NCBI GenBank assembly: GCA_013265495.1
Contig: MU058451.1
Coordinates: 2,146,167-2,210,166, forward strand
Origin: Vicugna vicugna
Lineage: Eukaryota
Length of the DNA: 64,000 nucleotides
Direction: 5' to 3'
The notes beneath the pieces are model-generated. The model was not told where the DNA came from and did not search any database. It was given only the letters and a program-made list of their open reading frames with translations. This document shows positions 12,518 to 24,885 of this stretch, piece by piece. Made by a program: the position numbers and the translations under genes. Each line of letters opens with the position of its first letter. Within the stretch, counting starts at the first letter, position 1.

Positions 12518-12930
12518 TGTAGGTGTATGCAACATTATAATTTACAAGAAATGTATATTTTATCCTTCAGATGACCAAAATGTATTTCTCATGTATATTT
12601 GGTCTTTGTCCAGAGTTCCTGGCTGGTAACACCCAAAGCCCTTGGAATTTCCTAAGTATTGAGAGTGATAAAGGTGTCTTTTGTTATGTGGATACACCTT
12701 AAGTAGGGAGTTGGTTGCCAAGAGAGCCAACCAGGTGGTTAGAGGGTTAGAACTTTCAGTGCCCTCCCACCCCCATCCTGACCTCCAGGGAGAGGGGCTG
12801 AAGGTAGAATCGATGGCCAATGGCCAGTGATTTAATCAATGGTGCCTACCTAATGGGGCCTCCATAAAAGCCTGAAAGGATGGGGTTCAGAGCACTTCTA
12901 GGTAGGGGACCACGTGGAGATGTGGGGAAA
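12518..12930 (+). mobile_element. MER21-like ERVL LTR fragment
   Basis: ttggtctttgtccagagttcctggc...aaagcccttggaatttcc...gccaaccaggtggttagagggttagaactttcag...gccaatggccagtgatttaatcaat. Confidence 0.65.
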
Positions 12931-12944
12931 ATGAGTTGAAAGAA

Positions 12945-13070
12945 AAGTAAAGAATATTTTGTGATACATGAAAATTATATAAAATTCAAATTTTAGTGCC
13001 CATTAATACAGTATTAGAAAAAAGGCAAGCTCTTCTGTTTCCATAGCGTGTATGGTTGCTTTTGTGCAGG
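12945..13070. mobile_element. MER58B-like fragment
   Basis: gaaaattatataaaattcaaattttagtgccc...gtatggttgcttt. Confidence 0.5.
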
Positions 13071-13333
13071 TCCTTGGTGGTCATTTAGGATCTTGGCCCG
13101 AAACCCAATACCCAAATTCACCCACTCATCTCTGGTATAGAGCCTCTAAGTCCCCAAGTGTGAACTGCACCCTGGACTCTACAGTTGCCAGATGGAGGGT
13201 TCTCCTCGTTGTTTTCACTCCCCAGATCACGCCTCGATCTGCTACCTACTGGCCCGCTGTTTAGGACGAGGAGAGGACAGTTCTTCCCAAGTGAGTACCA
13301 AGAAAAACCTTCCAACCAGTTTCCCTCCCTTAC

Positions 13334-13510
13334 CCATCAGAGTCCAGCCCGTCTCCAGAACAGCGAAGGCTCACAGAGTGCATAGCCGGGGGCTGGCAGT
13401 CCACACACACCGTGTACCCCTCTCGGAGGTACTGCATCCAGCGAGTAAGGGGGCGGTTTTCCAGGGCACAGTGAGGGGTCAATGACTCTGTCTTGAACTC
13501 CATACAGTAT
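13334..13510 (-). CDS. SBSPON: SBSPON exon 4
   Basis: Acceptor tttttttccccctAG and donor GG|GTAAGG. It encodes (G)YCMEFKTESLTPHCALENRPLTRWMQYLREGYTVCVDCQPPAMHSVSLRCSGDGLDSD(G). 177 nt, phase 2-2. Confidence 0.97.
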
Positions 13511-15045
13511 CTAGGGGGAAAAAAAGGGAATAATTCAACTTGCTGGCATGAGAAGTGGCCTAATGCTGTAGAAGGTCTTAGGAAGCCTGGAATCCCCACG
13601 GACACTTGACAGCCCGGAGAAGGCAGGGCGGCACATGTGCACGGGTCACAGGTGTCTTGGCAAGTCCCACATTGGCTGAACTGTGACTGTGCCTGCCTGA
13701 CAACTATAGTGACCCTTTGTGCTGTTTTTCAATCCATGGTTGAATTATCTGGTCAACGCGAATTTGCAGAAATTTGTCTCATGTCCTGTCTAGTCTGACC
13801 GCTATCTTGGGTATAAAAGCACATTTCAGTAGGAAAATAGCCCTTGATAACTTTGCTGAGATTTTAATGAATTATATAAATTGAACAAGAACTTGCTTGA
13901 GCCTGAGCGCCTGTGAGCCCAGGGAAGCCTAGTCCTTGACACCCAGGCAGACACCTGTCTTTTTCCGCCTTTCCCATATATACCCCCACCCAGCTCACCC
14001 ACGTGATCTGGGGGAATGCGATGTCTTAACTTGAAGCTGAGCATCAGCGTTATCCTGGGCATCACAGACAAAAGGACAGAGCGGCTGAGACGTGTTTTTC
14101 TGTAACAGACTAGGGAAAAGTCTATTCTGTGACTAGAATCTGAAGGCCCTGGGGGAGCATCTAGGCGTGGATGGATATTTTAGAGTTTTGTCCTTAAAAG
14201 CAACACGATTTTACAATTCTTCAGGGAAACAAAACAGAGTAAAAACCCTGAATGTGGCATTTCAGGTTCTAACTATGCTAAAATGGACTAGGTTGTTTTG
14301 TTCTGTTTTTTATCTATACCATTATGAGCGGTAATGGGTTAGATGGAATTGTTTGGAAAGTCTGCTTTATAAAAGATCTTTAGCAATGGTGGCTGTGATT
14401 TACTAGGTTCCTTGAGGTATTAAGACAGGAAATTCTATGACGCAGCTTCAGTCAATTTCAGATAGTTTAACCCGGATATCTTTTTAGTGATATTTTCTCA
14501 TTAAATTCTCACAGCAACCCCATGTGGTAGGAATTAATAGTCTCATTTTTCAAGAAGAAAAAACTGAGATGCAGTGAGTGGCAGGGTGAGGAATGAATTT
14601 GCAGTCGTCCGATGTCTCTGTTCTGACAGCAGAAGAGTGGACTCTTCATGAGCGTGAAGGTTCCTCCCAACCTGAGCCATTAGGACTCAGTAGAAATCCT
14701 CAGAGATCAGATGGGGGCCACTTCCAAACTCACCAACCAGAGGCGGTGCCGGAGTCCACGGTTCCATAAAGACCACAAGATGATGTGACTGCCAAAGTCA
14801 CATCATCCCATTTTTATATAGCATGTTTCATCTTAGAGATCAGACCTCAGAGACAAAGACATCTTTATAGCCCCACAAGAATGGAGAAGGGACAAGGACT
14901 TTCCCAGCTCTGTGGTGGAGAGTCATGTTTTACCCAAAGTCAATGAACAAATAACAGAAGAAAACCCATCTCCCCAAGTTACCTCTGTGGGCTGACTGGA
15001 CCGTCCAACTGGAAAAACATAAGTAAAAAGAAATCAGCAAGTTAC

Positions 15046-15136
15046 CCAGCATCCTCGATGTCTGTAGACCACTGTGGGGAGGCCGCCTGTCTTGTCCTCT
15101 CCTTGTTGAATGCGGAGGAAGTTATAAAGGCAGGGA
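15046..15136 (-). CDS. SBSPON: SBSPON exon 3
   Basis: Acceptor ttctccttttccAG and donor GG|GTAACT. It encodes (V)PAFITSSAFNKERTRQAASPQWSTDIEDA(G). 91 nt, phase 1-2. Confidence 0.95.
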
Positions 15137-16182
15137 CTGGAAAAGGAGAACGATGCTGAACACGTGCAGCCTGAAGTACCCAGAGCAACGTCCCCCCAAC
15201 TTGGTTCCCAGCCCATCCAAAGCCCTCCATCTCCAAGTTCAGAGGTCTGTGGGACACCGTCAAGGAATGAAAGAAGGTTAAGGTGGAGTCCCCAGAAGCC
15301 AATTCCATAAAGATTTGGGCAATGCAGTTGGGTAGGGAGAAGAACTGCGGGCCTTTGATAAGCATGTCAGCAGTGGTAACACAGCTGGAAAGGATGGAGA
15401 GGGGCCAGGAAGCACGGCCCAGAGCGGATAATAAAAACATGGGTTGGGCTGGGGGTGGAGTGGGGCAACCAAGGTTAAAAGTGTCTTCCGATAACCACAG
15501 CCTGGAAGCTCTGACCCTAGCCATGCAGCCCAGGATGTGAGTGCCAGGTGGTGGCCAGCACAGCGCTCTCCCAGCGCCAGCAGCGAGGAAGGAAGGTCCT
15601 GAAGACTCTCTTTCCCTTCCTCTCTGCCACCCCATTCCACCTCTGATGCTCTGGGTTGGAGAAAAGAAAACCGCCAGAAATTCTTTCCTCCCACCTCTGC
15701 TGTCTTCTTTTACTTTGTTTGTCCCCTTCCTATTTCATCTCTAAGTCTAGGGAGGCATCGGTTGCTCTGTGTAGCACGTGGAGAGAAACCTCTTGATTCC
15801 ACCTTGCTGTCAACTCATGGAAGACAGGATTTTGCCTTGTTCATCCCAGCAGCCTTCACACATTTACACACGTAATAAATATGTGTGTGACGAATGACTG
15901 GGTTGATGGATGAACGGATGGATCAAATTGCTGCCAATGTGCATGGGCTCTACTTCCCTGTGGTCTTCTGTCCCTACACTGAGCCTTGGGGCTGAGATGG
16001 CTCAACCATCCTTCCTACCCTTTGTTTCAGAAACTGGACCATCCCAGGAAGGGGAGAAACCAGCTGAGGTTGGCTTGTGTGATGCCCAAGTCATCAATCA
16101 GCAAGAGCGAAATGGCAGCAGGGTACTAGCAGCAAAACCTAGATTCTTTGAGCTTCCAGGTTCATCTTGCTAAGCTCCCTTC

Positions 16183-16200
16183 TGCCACAAGATGGCAGCC
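16183..16200 (+). promoter_or_regulatory. CTCF-like motif in SBSPON intron 2
   Basis: TGCCACAAGATGGCAGCC, one mismatch from the CTCF core consensus. Confidence 0.45.
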
Positions 16201-16894
16201 CTAATTCTTCTTTGATTTCTGAACGCAGAGTCCTTTTTATTTTACATGTAAGACAAAAGTGACCTAGCACCTGGTGGCCACTTGGTCCTAAGAGTTGCAG
16301 GCACAGTTCTTGTCTCTTGTGGCTCCGCACCTAATCTCTCCAGGCTGGACATTACCCACATCTGGTGTAAACTCTAGAGTCCCAGCTGAGTGGCTCTTCA
16401 TTGCTGCGCTAACAAGTTTAATTGTTTTCCAAAGAGAACATGACATTTTTTCTAAATGTGACTGCAGCTTTCAAACATCCAAAATCCACGGGACAGAATC
16501 AAAAAAGAACAAGTGACTGCATGTATCCTTCTCTGTTTCTCTTAGACCTAATTATGAAAAACACAAACATCAAAAGGGTTTTTGTTTTCTCAAGTATGGT
16601 TTTCATTTCTGTTCTTCTGATGCATTTATGTGCTTATTCACTAAGTGAGGCATGTACTTACTACTAAAACCACGGAGCATTATACCAAACTGTAGCATTT
16701 TGGGGATGTATTTCTTTAGCCCAAAACATTTCTCTGAGCTCCTAATTTGTACTGCATCAATTATTAAAAAAGTTCAAAGGCAATCCTCTTACTATATAGC
16801 TCAGGGGAAAAAATTTTTGGTTAAGAAGTAGAAAGCAAGTATGTGACTATAGTTTCTGATACAAAATCCTAAGAAAAGTTCTAAGATAGTAAAA

Positions 16895-17085
16895 ATTAAA
16901 GCTAACACTGATGCATATCTAAGTTTCCAGGCGCAACGCTAAGCCCTTTTCATGTGTTAACGAATTTAATTCTCACAACCACCCTCTGAGATAGATCCTC
17001 TTGCTTCCCCATTTCACAGATGAGGAACCTGTGGCCCAGAGAGGTTAAGAAAGGCTCATGTATAAGCCTGGCAGTGCCCAGCAGT
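16895..17085 (-). mobile_element. MIR SINE
   Basis: MIR core: atttaattctcacaaccaccct...cccatttcacagatgaggaacctgtggcccagagaggttaag. Confidence 0.75.
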
Positions 17086-18656
17086 GTCTCCAAAACCATC
17101 TCCTCACTGCCAAGCTTGACAGCCTCTATCACAAGGCAGATGACAAAGTGTCACTATTTAAAGTTTCACTGTTGCAGCATGTTTCCTACAAATCATTTAC
17201 ATTTGGCTTTATTTTCCCTTTCTGTCCCTAACCACTGTCCTTAATGTGACGTGAGATCTCAGGGAGTAAGGGGGGAACATTAGCCCTGGCACTCCAGGCC
17301 CCCTTGGGCCACGGGGGAGGGGGTGGGAGCTGTGGTCCAGGAGGGGTGGGGAGTGATCGCAGCTGACACAGATTAACACCTGGAGCAGGATGGCACCTTG
17401 GGCATTGGTAACCTGCTCATTTGCAAAGTGCTTTCACATCATATGTTACTGATCTTCACCAAAGCTTTGTAAAGAGGTGTTCTGATGAGGGTTTCTCATC
17501 AGAAAACTGAGACTCATTGAGGTTAAAGGAAGGGAAGTTAATAGTAAATGACCACGCAGGGGCCCCAGTATGGAAAATAGCTTCTGTTTTTTCAGACCTA
17601 CTCCCTACGCTCAGTGTCAAGCCTCTGTGGTTATGACCCGTCATAGAAAGGTCCAGTGGCTCTGGACCTGGTCCTCCCCACCCCCCATCCTGGCCCCTCC
17701 AGCCTGGGGCTTGGTTTGGTGCCACATTCTATGGAGGGGGGCGCCCTCTTCCCTGGCAGGAGTCTAAAGTGAACAAGCCAGGAGCCAGATCATCTGGAGG
17801 TCTCTGAACCAGCGCCACTTTCTAACATCCCACACACATTTAATGTTTCATTACTTAAGAGTGGTAAGTAATTTAGAAATTCTTTCACCTCCAGTCCCAC
17901 TTCTGCTTATGTATGGTAGCACGTGACCAGTGCCCCAGGACAAAGGCTCTCCATAAAAGCCAGATCCCCCTCCTCTCCCCTTCCTGGCAACAATATTCAA
18001 ATGTAATAGACTCTTTGTTAACAGGGTATTTGCCAACTTTTCCGGCATCCCATCAATCTACCATTGTCCACTTTTGCAACAGCTTCCACTGCTCAAAGTG
18101 GGGCACTGCACACACTTACTTTGAACATGAAAGTAAATTAAATTTGCTTTGAGAATTTCATAAAGGCCCCCGACACAATGGGGCGGGCCACCTGAGAGCC
18201 ACTCGCCTGGAGATACAGCAAAGACGAGAGCAGAATGAAAATTTGACAGATGACACCAGCCTGGAAGCACTCAGTTCATAATAATGCACAGTGGTCTCCT
18301 CTCAGGAGGAAAATGCATATAAACCATCGTCAATATGGGCAACAAATACATAATATGGGTTTGTGGATTTGTTTTGATGATAAAAAATATAGTCATGATA
18401 TACATTAAACAAAACAGGAAGAATGCAACAGCTACTTGACTGTGAGCAAGAGTGCTTCAGTGGCCGTGTTTCAGTCTGGCCTTTATATTTCTCCTTAGTT
18501 ACCGGAATCTGCAATTACAATGCTAGCTCTACTGGGAACAGCAGAACAACTTGTGGTAGAGGAGAGGGACCCATGGGATTTAGAGCCACGAGGTTTAAGT
18601 TCTGTACCCTTTACAAGTGCTGTCATCTCTGAACTCCAATGTCCTATCTCCACGAC

Positions 18657-18912
18657 AGGCAGAATAATGCCCCCGCCCAGTCCCCAAAAAGATGTCAGTA
18701 TCTAATCCCCAGAACCCGTGAACATGTTATGTTACACGACAGAGAGTGAAGGTTGTTACTCAGTTGACCTTAAAATAGGGAGACGGGCTGGATTATCCAG
18801 ATGGGCTGAATGTAATCACAAGGGTCTTCAAAGAGTCAGAGGAAGATGGTACCACAGAAGGAAGGCACAGAAAGATGTAAGGTTGCTGGCTCTGAAGATG
18901 GAGGAAGGGGGT
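18657..18912 (+). mobile_element. MLT1D-like MaLR LTR fragment
   Basis: aggcagaataatgcccc...aaagatgtc...ctaatccccagaacccgtgaacatgtt...gaccttaaaatagggaga...ggattatccagatggg...gtaatcacaagggtc. Confidence 0.75.
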
Positions 18913-19028
18913 GTGAGAAAAGGGTTGTGTATTCTGGGAAATTCTGCCTTCAGCAAAGCATCATTGATGTGATCCTGCTGGGATGCAGGGGCTGAGGGCA
19001 GAACCAAGCATCCCTTCTTGGGCTGGAC

Positions 19029-19212
19029 CAGCAGCTCCTGAACTCCAGCAAGCAGCAGAGGCCCCTGGAGGCCTCGTCCCCGGCAGAGCGCTACGTCCCC
19101 CTCCAGGGACTGTGATCCCGCGGGTCTGGGTGGGGCCCAAGGCATGTGCATTTCTAACAGGTTCCCAGGTAAGGCCGAAGCTGCTGGTCTGAGACCATGC
19201 TTAAGGAGCCAC
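19029..19212. mobile_element. MER5A-like hAT DNA transposon relic
   Basis: ggtctgggtggggcccaagg...tgcatttctaacaggttcccaggt...gctgctggtctgagacca. Confidence 0.7.
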
Positions 19213-21069
19213 CAAACTGGAGCATTCTTGGGGTCCTGTGTGCCCTGACCAGCTTGTGACACCAGTCATCATTTCAAAGACATCCCAAAGGGGAATCTTG
19301 GGGTGCGAAGTCAGGGCTACAAATGCCAGTGGCCCTGCCCCAAGTCTAGATTTCTCCTGATAGGAGGCCATTAAGAACAGGCTGCTCTTGTTAGTGTCAC
19401 ACCAAAGTTGTAACACCTCCTGGGGAGTCCATAAAATCATCTTCGTGGAGTTTGTGGGGAGGGGAGGTGCCATGGGGAATTTGGGAGCTGGGGGACATTT
19501 GGAGGAAGGCAGGCGTGTTGGCCTGGCCCATCAGGGACGGAGGAGGGGATACCTCCAGGTAGGGAAGAGGACCCCAGGGGCCAGGTGTGGGCCCATCACA
19601 TCCAACTGGATCCTCTTCACTGACCCACCTGTCCCTTTTCCTGTGACCTGCATGATCTTTCTATGAAGAGATCCAGGGCTGGGAGGAGATCTGGGCATCC
19701 TCACGTGACACTGAAGAGTCAGATGTGCTGAAGGAATACTTTCTAGCAGCTGGACCCTGTAACCAAGTGGTGCAGTGACTTTTTCTGACAGATCTGCCCT
19801 GGGTTGTGAGAGCCATCAAAAAAACCAATTATGTCCCACAGCGACTTCCTCCCTGAGCCTTTCCGTAGTGTTGCTGCAGAGTGCAGAGCTGAATGTGTCT
19901 TGTTCTATGAGCATGTGAGCACTAAACTATTTCCCTGCGAACTTAACATGGTGGCCGTATCCAGAAGGGGCCTCCACCCTGGCCCCGCCACTCCGCATGT
20001 CCCTGAGATATCTTCAAATCACAGATCTGATCACATTGGCTCCTACAGAAAACACCCCAGTGGCTTTCCATGGCTCTTAAAATAAAGACCAGAATCCTAA
20101 ACAAGGACCCCGGGCCAGGCATGGAGGGGGTGTCAGCACAGAGGCCTCCCCTCTCACCACCCACCTCCCTCTCTGCTGCCCACACCGTGGCATGCATTTG
20201 GCTTCTCAGATGGGCCTCGTGCTTCCTGCCCTTCGGAGCTCTCTGACCTGGAGGTCCTGGGCTATGCTGCTTAGCTGACATCACCCAGACACACCTGCTC
20301 CCGGCCAGCGCCTCTCCTCCCGCTCTGGATGGTGGTCGCCACATCATAGTTTTTGGAAGTCCCCTCTCATGCAACCCTGTTCGAGCAGCACCCTCTAAGG
20401 TTTTGTTTGATGCTGCCTCTCATGGTCACGTGTTTTTCTTAGATCAGCCCCCCAAACCCTCAAACCCCCTACACCCGACGCTAGACCGTGATCTACCTGA
20501 CCACAGGCTCCACGCCAGCTTTTCTCCCCATTGTAACTCTGGCAGGCAGCCCAGGGCCTGGCATCAAGCAGACTCTCGATACATGTTTGCGTGAGGAATG
20601 AAAAAGGAACAAAATAGCTTGGCGAGGGTCCTGTAAACATGGAATTTTCCAGGTTCCTATGAAAAACATGATCTTTGCTGCCCTGAGTGTTTGTTCTATC
20701 AGATTTAATCCCAGCCCACACTCTGGTCTTGGCCTTTCTGCTGTTTCCCGTGGCTTCCGCCTCAAGGAGGAGCCGACTGCTGGGCTCCTCGGCCATTTCA
20801 CTTCGACCAGAACAGTCTTCCCCGGCCATAAACCCCATCCCCTCAGCCCTAGTCCCCTTGACTGAGAGAAGCAGGTGTTTCAAGAGAATCTTGTTACCAT
20901 CCTTCAGGAATGTCTCATTTTTCTACTACTTTCGCATGGGTGCGGGTGTTTGTGGTTAAACTGGAACGACAGGGAAGGGTGAAATCCTTATCCTTACCGG
21001 ACACGTGCTATCCGGATGACATCCTCCTTCTACCAAAGCCCTTGTCGTCAGCTAGGCTGAGCTCGCTGG

Positions 21070-21690
21070 AAACCACAGTGCGCGCCCTCACACCGAGCGC
21101 GCGCACCGCAGGAAGGGGCCCCCGCGGGGTCACAGACACACCCAGGGGCGGGGCGGGGGCGCCGGGAGGCCTCGGCGCGGCTGACGGAGCATTCCTTTAC
21201 CAAGCACTTCCTGAGCCTCCTATCTCGCCCGAGCAGGGGGGCCCCTCCCACTCCCCGCAGCGCGTGCAAGTTTCCCTGCCCCGGGGGCTTTCTGTGGGAC
21301 CCAGGGATGCAAAGTCACCCGGGCGGCAAGCGTGGAAGCCGCAGTACCGAAGGCGTGCCCGCAGTCCTGGCCCTGGGCCGTCGCGTACTCCAGGCAGCCG
21401 GCTCTCTCCTCCAGGGCCGGGCAGGGCGCGCCGCCGTTGCGGGGCTCCTGCCGCACCGCGCGCCTCCGCACGCGCGCCGTCGGCCGGCACCGGTCCGCGC
21501 AGCCGCTCCAGGGGCTCCACTCCCCGACCAGGCACGGGCGAGCTGAAAAACAGCGCACACCGCCGGGTTCAGCCCGTGTCGGCTGCGCTCGGGCCCGGCC
21601 CTGGGTCGGGGGGACCACGGTGACATGGACGCCTCCCGCCCTGATGGTTAGCTGATAATCCGGTACCTCTCAGGGACAGGCGGACGTTTC
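21070..21690. promoter_or_regulatory. Intragenic CpG island over SBSPON exon 2
   Basis: About 600 bp of dense CpG and GC extending into both flanking introns, against a CpG-poor background. Confidence 0.8.
21348..21542 (-). CDS. SBSPON: SBSPON exon 2 (thrombospondin type-1 domain)
   Basis: Acceptor tttttcAG and donor G|GTACTG. It encodes (A)RPCLVGEWSPWSGCADRCRPTARVRRRAVRQEPRNGGAPCPALEERAGCLEYATAQGQDCGHAF, with the WSxWSxC and RxRxR TSP1 motifs. 195 nt, phase 1-1. Confidence 0.97.
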
Positions 21691-23764
21691 TGGATCCTGG
21701 AGGTGGGCCTGAGCCGAGGCACACCAGTCAAATAAACTGAGTAAAAGAGACCGATGCCCTCAGGGTATTTCCGTTTATGCCTCGGGCTTAGATCAGGTCT
21801 TTGCTCTTGCGTTTCTTTGATCCTAACTTGAGCCTCCTCTGCCCAAAACATTTTAATTGTAGCAGTAATACATATTCATTGTAGAAAACAAAGGAAAAAA
21901 AGTGTAAAAAACAAAATGTATTTCTCCCACCCATAACCCCATCACTTACCCAGGTCAATCCTTATCAGGAAATGTGTCTCTGTAAGACCTGGCTTAGGGC
22001 CACACCATGGGACCCCTATCCTCGAGGCTCCTCCTGGATGCTCTGCTCTCATCCTCCAGGGCTCAGGGACTCATACACTGAGAGGTGGGGTTTACAGAGG
22101 AGAAACCAAGGCCCACAGAGGTCGAGAATGCTTGCGGTCATGCATGAAGGGGCAGAATTATAGGGGAGAATTTGGCTCTCGCTTGGGCAATTCTCTGACC
22201 ATGACAGTAAAATCAATGTGGTTGTGCATTTAACTTCCCCACTGAAAGTCCTAATGAGTCTTTAAAGGACCGTAATGAGTTTTTAAATTGAATTACTTGA
22301 GGACTTGACATTGGATACAAGAAAAGAACAAGGAGACAGAAGATGGACCACTGAACTGCATGCCAAACTCTTTCTTTCCCACAAACTGCAGCCCACTTTA
22401 TCCCTATCACTCTCATCCCTTCAAGTTCACAGAGTTTTCACCAGAAAACACGCCTAACTTCTTTGAAATCTGATTGGACTTCTGACAGTCTGTGCTCAAA
22501 AACTCAAGTTGCCTCCCAGCGCTCTGATTTAGGGATCGCGGCGCTTGGAAGCCGTATCGTTTGGAAGCACGTAGCTAACCCCTGACATGGAAAGGGTCAC
22601 ATTCAACATAAAGCTTGGCTAGCAATTTAAACATTTCAAGCTGTTTTAAAAACATACTTCTGTTAATCATCTAAAAACTCACAGGCATCACCTAACTACC
22701 TAAGGAAGCGAGAACGAGCCACATGACAGTTTGTTCCTGATACCCATGCACACATCCTTTGGAAAATCAATGACAGATCACTTCCTGCTGGTCATCTCTT
22801 GTTGACCTTCCCTGTTTATTTTTCTCGGTCCCATGATTTAATTGGCCCATAGGACCAGAGGGCTTTGAAAGAGGCTGCCAGGTTTGGAGCTGGTTGAGAA
22901 GGACTCTTTCTGACCTCAGTTCTTTCAATAACTCTTCCCCCCACCACCACCAAATCTCTTTGTCCCTGAGTCTAGCCAGTCCTGCTCTGATATGTTGGAC
23001 TTGAACTACGCTTAATAATACACTTTAAAAAATTATACTTTTTCAAAGATTAACATTTGGACATCACTATAAAATACAATTTTGCCACGGCTTTAATTCA
23101 GAACTTAGTAATATGGCCTTGGTTACTAAGTTACAAACTATCCATATGGTAAAAGACGGCATGGCGGATGAATTTAGTCTTTCAGTATTTCTTCAACATT
23201 TGTGTCTCGCATCTACTGTTTATTTATGTTATTTGGTTTGACCCATAGTTAAAGTTCTCAAATCACAGAATCATTAACTCAGTTGTTCTTACTGGTTCAG
23301 GTCTGTCCTTGGCAAAATGCTGTGGATTATTTGGATTGCAATTTGTCACAGATCACAAGCAACCTTTGGTCAAGGTGGTTGGGAGAAGGACAGAAGCTTC
23401 TGATAGATTTATTACCACAAGGCATATATCTCAGCTGTGTGACAGAAACTGCCTTTGAACTATTCCATGAGTATTCCCTTCCCACTAAAGCTTACCTAAT
23501 TCGTGTCTATATACAGCATACCAAAATATTCTGTCTTCAGATCTGACTTTCTCTTCCTTCACCTTTCACTGACTATCACTGGGGGCCAACACACTGTAAC
23601 CTCATGAGCAGAAGGATCTCCTGCGGCTCTAAGCTTGTCCCAGCTCCCTGTTAACAGTTCAGATTTGATGACAGCATCCCACCCATTTAAGGGGAAAGAA
23701 GCCTAGATTTAATGGGTGCCCGGGAGCTCGGTAAACTCCTCTCTTTTCTTCTTCTTCTTTTATA

Positions 23765-24150
23765 ACATTCAGGTCGAGTTTCCCCAGACGTAGACCTTGA
23801 GATATGAATCTGAATGCAAACAGTTTATGTGGGAGGTGGTCCCAGAGGCACAGTCAGAGATTGGGGAACAGAGACAAAGAGGCAGGCGTAGAAGAGAACA
23901 GAGATCAGAAGTAGATGCTGAGTTTCCCCTTTTGGTCAAGTGGGGGCCCTTGGCTCTGGGCTCATTGGGCAGGGAGACAGTGGACAGTCCATGGGGGAAA
24001 GGAATCATCAAACCCTTCCAGATGGTCCAGCTGGTGCCCCTTCCTCAGGGGCTGTCTGGTTATCAGATGTCCCTACCAAGGCTTGAGCAGGATGGCCAAG
24101 AGCAGAACAGTAAGTGATCGAGCTCAGTAACAAATCAGCACACACAGAGG
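23765..24150. mobile_element. LTR33-like ERVL LTR
   Basis: aggtcgagtttccccagacgtagaccttgaga...gaatgcaaacagtttatgtgggaggtggtcccag. Confidence 0.55.
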
Positions 24151-24244
24151 ACATTTTCACATGTCCTAACAGGGATGTCCATCCAGTCCTATCCAAGTAC
24201 AACTGCCTCAAAAGATGTACCAGTAATCCTTTTTAAAAAATGGA

Positions 24245-24332
24245 TTTTTTTCCTTCTTAATGGTCCTGAGATGGAACCCAGGACCTCATGCACACCAAGC
24301 TTGGGCTCTACCACTGAGTTATACCTCATACC
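24245..24332 (-). mobile_element. tRNA-derived camelid SINE, diverged
   Basis: gaacccaggacctcatgc...ctctaccactgagttatacc, same family. Confidence 0.75.
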
Positions 24333-24389
24333 ATCCCTCCATAAATGGCTTTTTAAAACTCCCTGCATGGGTAGCCATTGAATTTGGAA

Positions 24390-24885
24390 CAAAATCTAAC
24401 TTCCTGCATGGTCTACAAAGTGTGTGACCTGCCTGTGCCTGTCCCTCCTCCCACCTGGAGCTGTGCCCCCCACCCTCACCTTTGCTCCCAGCTCCACCCA
24501 CGCCGACCTCATCATCCCCCAACACACCAGGCTCTTTCACAGTCTGAGGCCTCTGTATGTGTGTTCCCTCTGCCAGGAATGTTCCTCCCACACTGCGCAT
24601 GGCTGGGTTTGGCTCATCTTTTAGGTTCCAGAAGATTTATTTCATTTTCAGAGAGCCCTTCCCTGGCCAGCTTATCCAACTAGTCTCTCTCTCTCTCTCT
24701 CACACACACACATCTTATAAAATTATCTCCTCTCAGAACTCAGTGTTCCTTGCCTTCCAACATCTCCGTAATTCAAATGACATATTTGTGTATCTGGTTT
24801 ATTGTTGAGCTGCTTCTTTCATGCCTAGCACTTGGCACATGGCAGGTGCTCAGCAGATATCTGCTGAATGACTGAGTGAATGAAA
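24390..24885 (+). mobile_element. L2 3' fragment
   Basis: Pyrimidine-rich L2 motifs ending tgcctagcacttggcacatggcaggtgctcagcagatatctgctgaatgactgagtgaatgaa. Confidence 0.65.

Noticed and set aside
15042..15694. 197-aa and 138-aa minus-strand ORFs
   Set aside because: Only the last 30 or so codons of the 197-aa ORF are real (SBSPON exon 3). The rest is intronic open frame with no recognisable domain.
20910..21655. Several long overlapping ORFs (up to 237 aa) around SBSPON exon 2
   Set aside because: By-products of stop-codon depletion in a GC-rich island. Only the 195-nt minus-strand exon has splice sites and recognisable homology.
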